IMG/VR virus record: IMGVR_UViG_3300009068_000023
DNA length: 64,000 nt
Origin: a virus
Strand: one strand, 5' to 3'
Part shown: positions 17,777 through 27,359 of the stretch, piece after piece
How the letters are laid out: every line of letters begins with the position of its first letter
Numbering within the stretch: the stretch's first letter is position 1
The notes under the pieces: generated by a model
Database searches by the model: none
What the model was told of the DNA's origin: nothing
Seen by the model: only the letters and a program-made list of their open reading frames with translations
Position numbers and translations under genes: made by a program

Positions 17777-18805
17777 ATGAATATGTTATTAATTGATAAA
17801 AAATATATTGGTATTATCTCGAGCCGTTTGTCTAGATTCGTTCGTAAATCTGACAAGCTCTATAACTGCAGATGTCCTATCTGTGGTGACTCAAAAAACA
17901 ATTCAGGCAAGACGCGTGGTTATTTCTATGAAAAGAAAGACTACATGCTTTACTATTGCCATAATTGCGGCGCATCGATGCGCTTTGCAACGTTTCTTAA
18001 GAGCTTCGATCACAACACATTTAATGACTATGTGAATGAGACGTTTCTTGAAAAGAACAAAGCAAATCCAAAGCCTGTTACTACCCCTAGTATAGAAAAA
18101 TTCACACAGCCTGTATTTCAGAAGACTGGAGTTCTATCCGGCCTGCGTAAAATCTCTTCTCTTGAGGTTAATCATCCTGCAAAGATGTATATTATGCAGA
18201 GAAAAATACCATCAGACACACATTATAAGCTATTTTATACCCCTAAATTTAAAGAATACGTTAATAATCTTATTCCTGGTAAATTTGCTGATGGTGGCAA
18301 GGATGAACCAAGAATTATTATACCTTTCCTGGATGAGAATAAGAGGTGCTTTGGCTTCCAGGGCCGAGCAGTAGGCCCGTCTAAGATTCGTTATATCACT
18401 ATTATTTTAGACGATAGTAAACCTAAAATTTTCGGTCTAGAGGCACTGCAACCAGAAAAGAAGTTGTTTGTCGTAGAAGGCCCTATTGATTCCCTGTTTC
18501 TCCCTAACGCTATTGCGATGGCCGGGTCAGATGCAAGTATGGACTGGCTTGATAAGAAGCATCACTCAAACGTTGTATTCGTGTATGATAATGAACCACG
18601 CAATATAGAAATAGTTAAGAAGATGCTTAATGTAGTAGAAAGAGGATTTAAGATTGTTATATGGCCGGAGCATGTACAGGAAAAAGATATTAATGATATG
18701 GTACTAGCCGGTCGCAGCCAAGTTGATATTCTTAAGACGATTAATGATAATACTCATGAAGGGCTTCAAGCGCAGCTGGCGATCACATTTTGGAGGAAGG
18801 TATGA
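17777..18805 (+). CDS. 61: DNA primase, T4 gp61-like
   Basis: CPICGDS...CHNC zinc finger; TOPRIM VEGPIDS, YDNEPRN, KDINDM. Confidence 0.95.
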   Translation: MNMLLIDKKYIGIISSRLSRFVRKSDKLYNCRCPICGDSKNNSGKTRGYFYEKKDYMLYYCHNCGASMRFATFLKSFDHNTFNDYVNETFLEKNKANPKPVTTPSIEKFTQPVFQKTGVLSGLRKISSLEVNHPAKMYIMQRKIPSDTHYKLFYTPKFKEYVNNLIPGKFADGGKDEPRIIIPFLDENKRCFGFQGRAVGPSKIRYITIILDDSKPKIFGLEALQPEKKLFVVEGPIDSLFLPNAIAMAGSDASMDWLDKKHHSNVVFVYDNEPRNIEIVKKMLNVVERGFKIVIWPEHVQEKDINDMVLAGRSQVDILKTINDNTHEGLQAQLAITFWRKV

Positions 18806-19464
18806 GTGTTAAGTTAATTAGTTATTCACAAGGCTGCGGTGCAGATCAAGATACACTTGCAACTGCGCAGGAGCTGGTCGCATTTTGCGCAAGAGTTTCT
18901 AACCCTGCTAATCAGTACAATAAAGACACTGCTGATAAGCTCATCAAGTATCTAATTCAGAATAAGCACTGGTCACCCCTTGAGATGGTTTCGGTATGTT
19001 TGGAAGTCACAACAACGAGAGACATAGCGAGACAAATGCTGAGACATAGAAGTTTTAGCTTTCAAGAGTTTAGTCAACGGTATGCCAATCCCGTACAGGA
19101 TCTTAACTTCGTTGTGAGAGAGGCAAGACTACAAGACATCAAGAATCGTCAAAACTCATTCGAAACTGATGATGAGCAGCTAGTCAAGCAGTGGAATCAG
19201 AAACAAGAAGAGATTATTGAAAAGTGCAAAGAAGCGTATTGTTGGGCGATAGAGAACGGGATTGCAAAGGAACAAGCACGTGTTGTGTTACCAGAAGGTC
19301 TTACAGAATCGCGACTCTACGTTAACGGGACACTGAGATCTTGGATACACTATATACAACTACGTACTGAGTGTAGTACTCAAAAAGAGCATCGCGAGAT
19401 TGCTCTGCAGTGTGCTAAAGTACTAGCTGATATATTTCCAATGATCGATTCTCTGAGAGAATAG
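18802..19464 (+). CDS. thyX: FAD-dependent thymidylate synthase
   Basis: RHRSFSFQEFSQRY ThyX motif, HWSPLE. Confidence 0.95.
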   Translation: MSVKLISYSQGCGADQDTLATAQELVAFCARVSNPANQYNKDTADKLIKYLIQNKHWSPLEMVSVCLEVTTTRDIARQMLRHRSFSFQEFSQRYANPVQDLNFVVREARLQDIKNRQNSFETDDEQLVKQWNQKQEEIIEKCKEAYCWAIENGIAKEQARVVLPEGLTESRLYVNGTLRSWIHYIQLRTECSTQKEHREIALQCAKVLADIFPMIDSLRE

Positions 19465-19466
19465 CT

Positions 19467-20066
19467 ATGATGTTTCTTATAAACTATATCCCTGAATGGA
19501 CCGTACACCTAGGGTTTTTACTAGGATTAGGTCTAATTTTTACATCATTCGTCTTATACTTCGTTCCTTTCGTCGCAACCTACAGACTTCCCATCCTACT
19601 TGTTGGAATAATAGTCGCATGTGCTGGCTCTTTCGTAGAAGGAGTATATTATTCTAATAATTGGTGGCTAACAAAGGTTAGGGAGATGGAACTTAAGGTA
19701 GCAGAGGCAGAAGCCAAAGCTGCGCAGGTAAATGTACAGATTGTGACAAAGTATGTTGAAAAAATTAAAGTAGTAAAGGAAAAGACAAATGAAAATATTA
19801 AGTACATTGAGACTTACATTACTAAGCATGACAACAGTATTGTGTTCCCTAAGTCTTTCATCATGCTCCACGACAGTGCCAGTCAAAATGAAGTTTCCGG
19901 AAGCACCGGAAGCCCTGATGAAAGTCCCTCCGATGTTAAAGCCAGCGAACTCCTCTCAACAGTCGTTGAAAACTACGGTACCTGCTACGAGCTTAGAGAA
20001 ACAGTAGTAGCATGGCAGGACTGGTATAAAGCACAAAAAGAAGTTTTCGAGAACACATTCAAGTAA
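19467..20066 (+). CDS. i-spanin (Rz-like)
   Basis: N-terminal TMs, coiled coil, ENYGTC...WQDWY C-terminus; carries an embedded lipoprotein ORF. Confidence 0.7.
   Translation: MMFLINYIPEWTVHLGFLLGLGLIFTSFVLYFVPFVATYRLPILLVGIIVACAGSFVEGVYYSNNWWLTKVREMELKVAEAEAKAAQVNVQIVTKYVEKIKVVKEKTNENIKYIETYITKHDNSIVFPKSFIMLHDSASQNEVSGSTGSPDESPSDVKASELLSTVVENYGTCYELRETVVAWQDWYKAQKEVFENTFK
19789..20007 (+). CDS. o-spanin (Rz1-like) embedded in the i-spanin, +1 frame
   Basis: LSSC lipobox followed by Pro-rich FPEAPEALMKVPPMLKP. Confidence 0.7.
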   Translation: MKILSTLRLTLLSMTTVLCSLSLSSCSTTVPVKMKFPEAPEALMKVPPMLKPANSSQQSLKTTVPATSLEKQ

Positions 20067-20077
20067 GTTGAGGTTTT

Positions 20078-21877
20078 ATGAGCAAAGAGACGGTACACGG
20101 TCTTAATATTGACCGTACAAGAGATGCATTGTTTGATGAGCTGGGACTCAAGAGACTGAAAGAGTCCTATATGACGGATGAAGAAGTATCCCCGCAAGAA
20201 AGGTTTGCATATGTTTCAAAAAGTTTTGGATCAAATCCTGAGCATGCTCAAAGACTCTATGACTATAGTAGTCGGCATTGGCTATCTTACAGTACTCCTA
20301 TCCTTTCATTTGGCCGTAGTAAGCGCAGTCTTCCTATATCATGCTTTCTACCTTATTTACACGATAGTGCAGAAGGCTTGGTCGACTGCTTATCAGAAGT
20401 AAACTGGCTCTCAATGCTAGGAGGTGGCATTGGTATTGGTATTGGGATTCGTAGTTCTGATGATAAGTCTGTGGGCGTTATGCCTCATCTTAGAACTTAT
20501 GATGCAAGTTCTTTGGCTTATCGTCAAGGCCGGACTCGCCGTGGTAGTTACGCTGCTTATCTTGACATTTCTCACCCGGATATTCTGATTTTTCTTGAAA
20601 TGAGAAAGCCAACCGGTGATCAGAATATGAGATGCTTAAATCTTCACCATGGTATTAATATTACCGATGACTTTATGGAGATTATTGAGCGATGCATGGT
20701 AGACCCTTCAGCTGACGATTCGTGGGCATTGAAGGATCCGCACGACGGTAGTGTTCGTGAAACTATTTCAGCAAGAGAATTGTGGCAACGTATTCTTGAA
20801 ATGCGAATGGTCACCGGTGAACCATACCTACATTTTATAGATACAAGTAATAACGCAATGCCGGAGTCACAAAAGGCGTTAGGGCTAAAGGTTAGACAAT
20901 CAAACCTATGTTCAGAGATAGTTCTACCGACCGATAAAGATAGAACTGCCGTTTGCTGTCTTTCTTCTGTTAATTTGGAGTATTATGATGAATGGAAAAA
21001 CGATCCGCTCTTCTTACGAGACATTGCGGAAATGCTGGATAACGTGCTACAGTACTTTATTGACAACGCTCCGGATACTATACACCGCGCTCGCTTTAGT
21101 GCCGCTCGTGAGCGGAGTATTGGTGTCGGAGCTCTTGGATTCCATGCGTTTCTACAAAAGGCAGGGATACCGTGGGAATCGTCGCTCGCGGTAAGTGCTA
21201 ATAATAGAATATTCAAACATATTAGAGAACAACTAGATGCAGCAAACAAAGAACTCGGTACAGAAAGAGGTGAAGCTCCTGACGCAGCAGGTACTGGGAA
21301 TCGTTTCTGTCACCTCATTGCTATTGCTCCCAACGCTTCTAGCAGCATCATTATGGGCAATACTTCTCCCAGTATTGAGCCTTATCGGGCTAATGCTTAT
21401 AGACAAGACACGTTAAGTGGCAGTCATCTTAATAAGAATAGATACTTAGATAAGTTGATTAAAGAGGAATGTGAGAAGAACTCTAAGTTAGATTATAAAG
21501 AAATCTGGTCTAGCATTATTGCTAATGACGGTTCAGTACAACACCTCGAGTGGATGGATGATTATACAAAGGATGTATATAAGACTTCGATGGAACTGGA
21601 TCAGAGATGGATTGTACAGCATGCGTCTGATAGACAGAAGTATATTGATCAAGCTCAATCGGTTAATTTATTCTTTAGACCGAATACAAACGTAAAATAT
21701 CTTCACGCCGTGCATTTTATGGCATGGAAGCAAGGTCTAAAGACGCTTTACTATTGCCGTTCGGAAAAGATTGGTAAGGCTGATAAAGTAGCGAAAAAGA
21801 TTGAAAGACAAGTTATAGAAGAAATCGACCTGAAGCAAATTGCTGAGGGTGATATTTGTTTAGCATGCGAGGGTTAA
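20078..21877 (+). CDS. nrdA: ribonucleotide reductase class Ia alpha subunit
   Basis: PISCF, SNLCSEI, CCLSS, APNASSS, KTLYY, C-terminal CLACEG. Confidence 0.97.
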   Translation: MSKETVHGLNIDRTRDALFDELGLKRLKESYMTDEEVSPQERFAYVSKSFGSNPEHAQRLYDYSSRHWLSYSTPILSFGRSKRSLPISCFLPYLHDSAEGLVDCLSEVNWLSMLGGGIGIGIGIRSSDDKSVGVMPHLRTYDASSLAYRQGRTRRGSYAAYLDISHPDILIFLEMRKPTGDQNMRCLNLHHGINITDDFMEIIERCMVDPSADDSWALKDPHDGSVRETISARELWQRILEMRMVTGEPYLHFIDTSNNAMPESQKALGLKVRQSNLCSEIVLPTDKDRTAVCCLSSVNLEYYDEWKNDPLFLRDIAEMLDNVLQYFIDNAPDTIHRARFSAARERSIGVGALGFHAFLQKAGIPWESSLAVSANNRIFKHIREQLDAANKELGTERGEAPDAAGTGNRFCHLIAIAPNASSSIIMGNTSPSIEPYRANAYRQDTLSGSHLNKNRYLDKLIKEECEKNSKLDYKEIWSSIIANDGSVQHLEWMDDYTKDVYKTSMELDQRWIVQHASDRQKYIDQAQSVNLFFRPNTNVKYLHAVHFMAWKQGLKTLYYCRSEKIGKADKVAKKIERQVIEEIDLKQIAEGDICLACEG

Positions 21878-21878
21878 A

Positions 21879-22334
21879 ATGAGCAGCACAGTACATGGAA
21901 TGCCACAACACTACGACCCACTTATTACTACTAGAGTAGATGAGGAAGGTCGCGAATGGATTAAAACTGAACGTTCACATATGAATCTAAGCGATATGGA
22001 GCAGATGGGTGTCTTTGGTAATATCTGGGTATACTCACATCATCTGAATAAGGCGGGAGATTATAACCCTGGACATAAGCACAATCATGACCACGTTACT
22101 TTATTAGCTACCGGATCAGTTAGATGTGAAGTGGTTGATGATGACGAAGGTACTACTATAAAAGACTTTAAAGCACCGACGTTTATTGTCATTGATAAAA
22201 ACAAGACACATAAACTTACAGCTCTAGAAGATAATACAGTTTTCTACTGCGTGTTTGCACTTCGTGACGAGGATGGGGATGTAACAGATTTTTATAGCGG
22301 AGATAACTCACCATACAGCGCAAGAAAGGATTAG
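21879..22334 (+). CDS. cupin-fold protein
   Basis: GHKHNHDHVTLLATG...H motif. Confidence 0.75.
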   Translation: MSSTVHGMPQHYDPLITTRVDEEGREWIKTERSHMNLSDMEQMGVFGNIWVYSHHLNKAGDYNPGHKHNHDHVTLLATGSVRCEVVDDDEGTTIKDFKAPTFIVIDKNKTHKLTALEDNTVFYCVFALRDEDGDVTDFYSGDNSPYSARKD

Positions 22335-22335
22335 G

Positions 22336-23322
22336 ATGATCAAAAAAATAAAACCCAAGCTTACTGAAGAACGCGATTCATTCAAGCCATTTAACTACCC
22401 GTGGGCATTTGAGGCATGGCTTAAGAGTGAGCAAGCGCATTGGCTTCATACAGAAGTACCAATGTTAGAGGATGTTAAGGACTGGAAAAATAAGCTTACT
22501 GATCCACAAAAGCATTTCCTTACAAACATTTTCAGATTCTTTACGCAAGGGGATATTGACGTAGCTGGTGGATACGTCAAGAACTATCTTCCTTATTTTA
22601 CGCAACCAGAAGTGCGTATGATGTTGCTTGGTTTTGCAGCTCGTGAAGCATTGCATATTGCTGCTTATAGTCACCTTATTGAAACTCTAGGTATGCCTGA
22701 AGCAACTTATGGTGAGTTTCTAGAATATCAGTCCATGAGAGATAAGCATGAATATTTTGTTGAGTTATCTCATAAGAACGGTACACCAGCATCAGTAGCT
22801 AGTAATATTGCTGCTTTTTCTGCCTTTACCGAAGGTATGCAACTATTCAGCTCGTTTATTATGCTTCTCAACTTCCCCAGACACGGTCTAATGAAGGGCA
22901 TGGGACAGATAGTAACCTGGTCCATTGTTGATGAAACAATGCATGCTGAATCTATGATTAAATTGTTTAGAACATATATAGAAGAAAATAAAGAGTTATG
23001 GAATGATGAACTTAAGGGAAATATCTATACTATTGCTGAAAAAATGGTGGAACTTGAGGACAAATTTATTGACTTGTCTTTTAGTATGGGGGACATGCCA
23101 TCTCTTACAGCTGAGGATGTTAAGCATTATATTCGCTACATTGCTGATCGTCGCCTTATCTCACTTGGTCTCAAGGGAATATATAAAGTTAAGAGAAACC
23201 CATTACCGTGGGTAGAAGAGATGATAAATGCACCAACGCACACTAACTTTTTTGAAAACAGAGCAACAGATTATGCAAAAGGTGCATTGTCTGGCACTTG
23301 GGAGGATGTATGGGCCGCGTAG
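22336..23322 (+). CDS. nrdB: ribonucleotide reductase beta subunit
   Basis: EALHIAAYS, DETMH, NFFENRATDY. Confidence 0.97.
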   Translation: MIKKIKPKLTEERDSFKPFNYPWAFEAWLKSEQAHWLHTEVPMLEDVKDWKNKLTDPQKHFLTNIFRFFTQGDIDVAGGYVKNYLPYFTQPEVRMMLLGFAAREALHIAAYSHLIETLGMPEATYGEFLEYQSMRDKHEYFVELSHKNGTPASVASNIAAFSAFTEGMQLFSSFIMLLNFPRHGLMKGMGQIVTWSIVDETMHAESMIKLFRTYIEENKELWNDELKGNIYTIAEKMVELEDKFIDLSFSMGDMPSLTAEDVKHYIRYIADRRLISLGLKGIYKVKRNPLPWVEEMINAPTHTNFFENRATDYAKGALSGTWEDVWAA

Positions 23323-23792
23323 TATTTCTTAGTTTATTTTTAATGGTGTCAAACGCTTTTTCAGCTGATTTACCTAACTCTACAATCACCCCTGGCGATA
23401 TTGACGCGTCTGCAACAAAAGAAGTTATCTGCGTTAGAGGATATACTAGCGGAGTAAAAGCAGACGGAACTAAGGTTCGCAATGTTACGGAAGCCACCAA
23501 GCTATTAGCATATCGAAAATATGGCATGGAAGGCAACTATAAGGGGTATTGCGACCCTAAAGTTGGATGCGAGATTGATCACCTAATTAGTCTTCAACTA
23601 GGCGGCTCGAACGATATTAAGAATCTATGGCCTCAATCTTATGCAGGCCAGTGGAACGCGCATATGAAAGATGGATTAGAAAATACATTGCGTGCTAAGG
23701 TATGCAAGGGCGAGATTACTCTTAAAGAAGCACAACAGGCTATCTCTTCAAATTGGATAGAAGCTTGGAAAAAATACGTTAAAACTCAATAG
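23310..23792 (+). CDS. secreted HNH-like protein
   Basis: Signal peptide; EIDHLISLQLGGSND..NLWPQ. Confidence 0.7.
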   Translation: MGRVVFLSLFLMVSNAFSADLPNSTITPGDIDASATKEVICVRGYTSGVKADGTKVRNVTEATKLLAYRKYGMEGNYKGYCDPKVGCEIDHLISLQLGGSNDIKNLWPQSYAGQWNAHMKDGLENTLRAKVCKGEITLKEAQQAISSNWIEAWKKYVKTQ

Positions 23793-23802
23793 GAGCAGCA
23801 TT

Positions 23803-24009
23803 ATGAGCCCTCTAGAAGAAGGTAATACTAATACGTATTGTTATGATTGCTACGCTGAATTTACAGTAGAGCCAGCTGATGACTTAGATGAACCAGTACT
23901 TTTTTGTCCTTTCTGCGGCGCAGGGTTGCTAGAAGAAATGGAAGAAGAAGATTTTGACGGAGATGAAGATGATTTAGATGACGAAGGTTTGTCAGACAGC
24001 TACAATTAA
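23803..24009 (+). CDS. zinc-ribbon protein with acidic tail
   Basis: CYDC...CPFCG. Confidence 0.7.
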   Translation: MSPLEEGNTNTYCYDCYAEFTVEPADDLDEPVLFCPFCGAGLLEEMEEEDFDGDEDDLDDEGLSDSYN

Positions 24010-24566
24010 TGATATGCGCAGGAATTGATCTTTCACTTACATCACCAGCAATCTGCGTATGCTTAGATGAAGACGATTTTTCGTTTGAGTATTGTAAGTT
24101 CGAGTGCTTGACTGATAATCCAAAAAGGGTCATCAGTCAAGCTAATGTTAATAGTCAGCTATTTCCATTTTATAATTCTCAATACGAGAGATATAGAAAC
24201 ATCTCAACCTGGGTAATGGATGTTATTGGGGAATATGGGGTTAATCGAGTTTTTATCGAAGACTATAGTTTTGGTTCAACCGGTAGAGTATTTCATATAG
24301 CAGAAAATACCGGTGTACTTAAATATATTTTATGGCTTAATAACGTTAGTTTTGTTACTATACCACCAACAGTAGTAAAAAAGATTGCTACTGGTAAAGG
24401 AAATGCTAATAAAGAAGCCATGGAAACAGCATTCTTGCAAGAAACAAATTTCAATTTCAAAGCATTATTTAACCTTTCACCTAAGCAGTGGAACCCTTCT
24501 TCTGACCTAATTGATAGCTTCTACATCTGTAAAACTGGTTGCTTGGATTATAAAAAGGTAGTATAA
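24009..24566 (+). CDS. RuvC-like Holliday junction resolvase
   Basis: GIDLSLTSPA, IEDYS, KKIATGKGNANK, DLIDS. Confidence 0.85.
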   Translation: MICAGIDLSLTSPAICVCLDEDDFSFEYCKFECLTDNPKRVISQANVNSQLFPFYNSQYERYRNISTWVMDVIGEYGVNRVFIEDYSFGSTGRVFHIAENTGVLKYILWLNNVSFVTIPPTVVKKIATGKGNANKEAMETAFLQETNFNFKALFNLSPKQWNPSSDLIDSFYICKTGCLDYKKVV

Positions 24567-24583
24567 TTCTCTGAGGAGGATAT

Positions 24584-24811
24584 ATGAAAACTATCAGCGG
24601 ATTCAGTTACGACTACTCAAACCTTAAACCTATTCATAAGTTTATTAATGAAGATAAAGAAATTAGTATCTTTAGAGAGCAATATGGTTATGCCCTACTT
24701 CAAAAAAGCTCTACAGGTCAGCAAAGACTTAAGCTAGATGAAGTGCAACTCAGCTCATTCCTAATAAACTTAACTAAAAATAAATGGAAAGAAGTAAATG
24801 CAAATTTCTAA
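24584..24811 (+). CDS. hypothetical protein
   Basis: GAGGAG RBS; TTGCTT-17-TATAAT promoter upstream. Confidence 0.6.
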   Translation: MKTISGFSYDYSNLKPIHKFINEDKEISIFREQYGYALLQKSSTGQQRLKLDEVQLSSFLINLTKNKWKEVNANF

Positions 24812-25145
24812 CATATTAGAATTTGTTTTAATCGGAATTGGCCTGCTTACAATTATCGAGTTTGTGGGTAAAGTTATTATAAGATATAACGACCTTAGAC
24901 AGCTAGATGAAGAAAATTCAGAGAATATTGTTGACACACTACCAGATGACTGGATTGTACCGTTAGAATTAAAATATAATGATAATTACTGGTATGCATG
25001 GGATCTAGATGGTAATTTTATTACACAGTCGACTACAAAAGAGTTGCTTTTAATTGATGTAATGAATAAACTAGAAATACCACCAAAGCGTGTTACAGTT
25101 AATAGTGAAGATAAACTAAATGAAGACAAACTTTCGGAAACCTGA
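24798..25145 (+). CDS. membrane-anchored hypothetical protein
   Basis: N-terminal TM. Confidence 0.6.
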   Translation: MQISNILEFVLIGIGLLTIIEFVGKVIIRYNDLRQLDEENSENIVDTLPDDWIVPLELKYNDNYWYAWDLDGNFITQSTTKELLLIDVMNKLEIPPKRVTVNSEDKLNEDKLSET

Positions 25146-25320
25146 ATATAAAATTAGAGAAAACGTTACTTTAAAGAACGCGTTTAATAATACTAGTACT
25201 ATTGGTGATATTATTAACGAAGAAGAAATTGACGGTCGTACTTTTTATGTTATTAAGTGCAACGGGCGAGTACAAAAGCTCGCTAAAGAAGCACATACTA
25301 TAGTGAACAAAGGAAAATGA
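25120..25320 (+). CDS. hypothetical protein
   Basis: Overlapping operon arrangement. Confidence 0.6.
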   Translation: MKTNFRKPEYKIRENVTLKNAFNNTSTIGDIINEEEIDGRTFYVIKCNGRVQKLAKEAHTIVNKGK

Positions 25321-25487
25321 AAACAAACTCAACTTTTAAAATGCCCCGAGATCTTAAGCGACTTGTTTGCCTAGAAAAGAACGCAGGTAAGAAGAGCGTC
25401 CTTAAGGACCTCTTTATTAATGCGACTATTAGCTTTGAAGAAGCAAAGAAGAAGACATTTAAAGCAAGAGAGGAAAGCAGTGAGTAA
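25317..25487 (+). CDS. small basic protein (not in ORF track)
   Basis: AAGGA RBS, ATGA coupling; MKTNSTFKMPRDLKRL... Confidence 0.6.
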   Translation: MKTNSTFKMPRDLKRLVCLEKNAGKKSVLKDLFINATISFEEAKKKTFKAREESSE

Positions 25488-25749
25488 TAATTTCGCTATT
25501 GATACTGATAAAGAAGTATTGCGTAACATCCTTAACACCCAAGAAGTAGTAATTAAGTTTACTAAGACTAATGGTGAAAATAGGGAAATGAGATGTACGC
25601 TTAGCGAAGGTTTGGTACCTCAGTATGAGAAGAAAACCGAACGCGTTAAGAATGCTAATGCTGAAGTCCAGCCTGTCTTTGATCTAGACAAGCAGGCATG
25701 GAGATCCTTTAGATGGGATAGCGTTACAGAATTTTCATTTAATAATTAA
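25480..25749 (+). CDS. WYL_2/SH3-like beta-barrel protein
   Basis: FTKTNGENREMRCTL...VFDLDKQAWRSFR. Confidence 0.8.
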   Translation: MSNNFAIDTDKEVLRNILNTQEVVIKFTKTNGENREMRCTLSEGLVPQYEKKTERVKNANAEVQPVFDLDKQAWRSFRWDSVTEFSFNN

Positions 25750-25768
25750 TTTGATATAGGAATTTATC

Positions 25769-26407
25769 ATGTATGGTCAAAAAGTAGGCTTTACCTGCTC
25801 GACTTTTGATTTGTTGCATGCCGGTCATATCGATATGTTAAGGCAGGCAAAGGATGTATGTGATTACTTGATTGTAGGTCTTCAAGTAGATCCTTCAGCA
25901 GATCGGTCATGGAAAAATAAGCCAGTACAAACTCTAGTTGAGAGGTATATTCAACTTCAAGCAGTAAAGTACGTAGATGAAATTATCCCTTATGTTACTG
26001 AGAAGGATCTAGAAGATCTTCTTAGCTTCCTCCCTATTAATATTCGTATTGTAGGGGAAGAGTATAAGGATAAGGATCTTTCTGGCAGAGAAATGTGTCA
26101 AAAGCGCGACATAGAAATTTTCTACAACAAGCGCCAGCACAGGTTCAGTTCAACGGAACTGAGGTCGCGTGTTACTAACAGGTATAATTTAAATACTCAA
26201 CAGCCAAGTGATCCATTTTCAGTAAGTCTCAGCTCTATGAGCTCTGACGTAATTGTAGGTGCTGCAGGAGTAGATACTATTACAATCGGTAGTGGTGGCG
26301 GGGACATTGGCTCAATGTACGGTGCACAACCAGCAAGTCTAATAAACACAGATATGAGTTGCAGCTATAATTATGGATCATCATTGGATAGCAATAACAG
26401 GAAGTAA
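25769..26407 (+). CDS. cytidylyltransferase-family nucleotidyltransferase (TagD/HldC-like)
   Basis: FDLLHAGH (HxGH), RFSSTELR. Confidence 0.9.
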   Translation: MYGQKVGFTCSTFDLLHAGHIDMLRQAKDVCDYLIVGLQVDPSADRSWKNKPVQTLVERYIQLQAVKYVDEIIPYVTEKDLEDLLSFLPINIRIVGEEYKDKDLSGREMCQKRDIEIFYNKRQHRFSSTELRSRVTNRYNLNTQQPSDPFSVSLSSMSSDVIVGAAGVDTITIGSGGGDIGSMYGAQPASLINTDMSCSYNYGSSLDSNNRK

Positions 26408-27359
26408 GGGTTATATCGGCGATATACTAGCCAAGCATTGCAAAATGCTTGGCTATAGTGTTTTAGGTGTAGACCATGAATATACAAATCTAGATCAGCC
26501 CGCTTATGTGGATCGAGTTCTCGACTGCTGCATATCTGATATTAAATTTGCAGAAGCCTGTAAAGAACTAAACATTTCTACTGTATTTCACTTAGCCGCA
26601 TCCGCTGATGTTAAGCTAAGTCAAGAGATGCCCTTTTTGTTCTATTACAATAATGTCGGCAATACTGCACGAATGCTGCATAACCTTACTCAATCAGGGT
26701 GGGTAGAAAGAAACGGTAAAATAGTTTTTTCTAGTACAGCTGCAGTTTATAAAGAGATCTCAAAACCCGTTCTAGAAAATAGTCCTAAGGGTTCGCCTAA
26801 TGAATATGGCAAATCTAAGCTGATGTGTGAAAAACTTATACAAAAACTTTTTAGTTTTTATAAGATACCGTCGGTTACCTTTAGATATTTTAATGTTGCT
26901 GGTGCTAATAAAGATCTAGGCGACCGTATTGATACCTCTCACATTATACCGATTTTGTGTAAATCAGCTTATAGCGGCAAACCATTTAGCCTTTATGGTT
27001 CGGACTATGAGACTAAAGATGGTACAGCAGTACGAGATTATCTTGATGTTAATGATGTGTGCCGCGCACATTTTACTGCTATTGAATACTTAAATAGCAA
27101 CCCTGGCGCGCATATTTTTAATCTAGGTACAAAGCAAGGCACAACATTAAACGAGCTTATTACTAAGTTTGAAGATGTAGTTAAAATTGACCTTGCATAT
27201 GCGTTAGCCCCTAGGAGACCAGGGGATCCAGGGTTTCTAGTTGCTAATCCTGATAAGTTTATTAATGATACTGGCTTTCAATATCAAGGTAATATAGAAT
27301 CTATTATTAGCTCCAGTTGGGAGTTTTATTGTTATAGGGAAGACAAAAATGGCTTTTGA
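26373..27359 (+). CDS. galE: UDP-glucose 4-epimerase-like extended SDR
   Basis: TGSKGYIG, FSSTAAVY, YGKSK, RYFNVAG, DGTAVRDY, RRPGD. Confidence 0.9.
   Translation: MDHHWIAITGSKGYIGDILAKHCKMLGYSVLGVDHEYTNLDQPAYVDRVLDCCISDIKFAEACKELNISTVFHLAASADVKLSQEMPFLFYYNNVGNTARMLHNLTQSGWVERNGKIVFSSTAAVYKEISKPVLENSPKGSPNEYGKSKLMCEKLIQKLFSFYKIPSVTFRYFNVAGANKDLGDRIDTSHIIPILCKSAYSGKPFSLYGSDYETKDGTAVRDYLDVNDVCRAHFTAIEYLNSNPGAHIFNLGTKQGTTLNELITKFEDVVKIDLAYALAPRRPGDPGFLVANPDKFINDTGFQYQGNIESIISSSWEFYCYREDKNGF

Noticed and set aside
18802-23322. Introns or inteins in thyX, nrdA or nrdB
   Set aside because: The ORFs are continuous, of normal length, and lack intein splice motifs.
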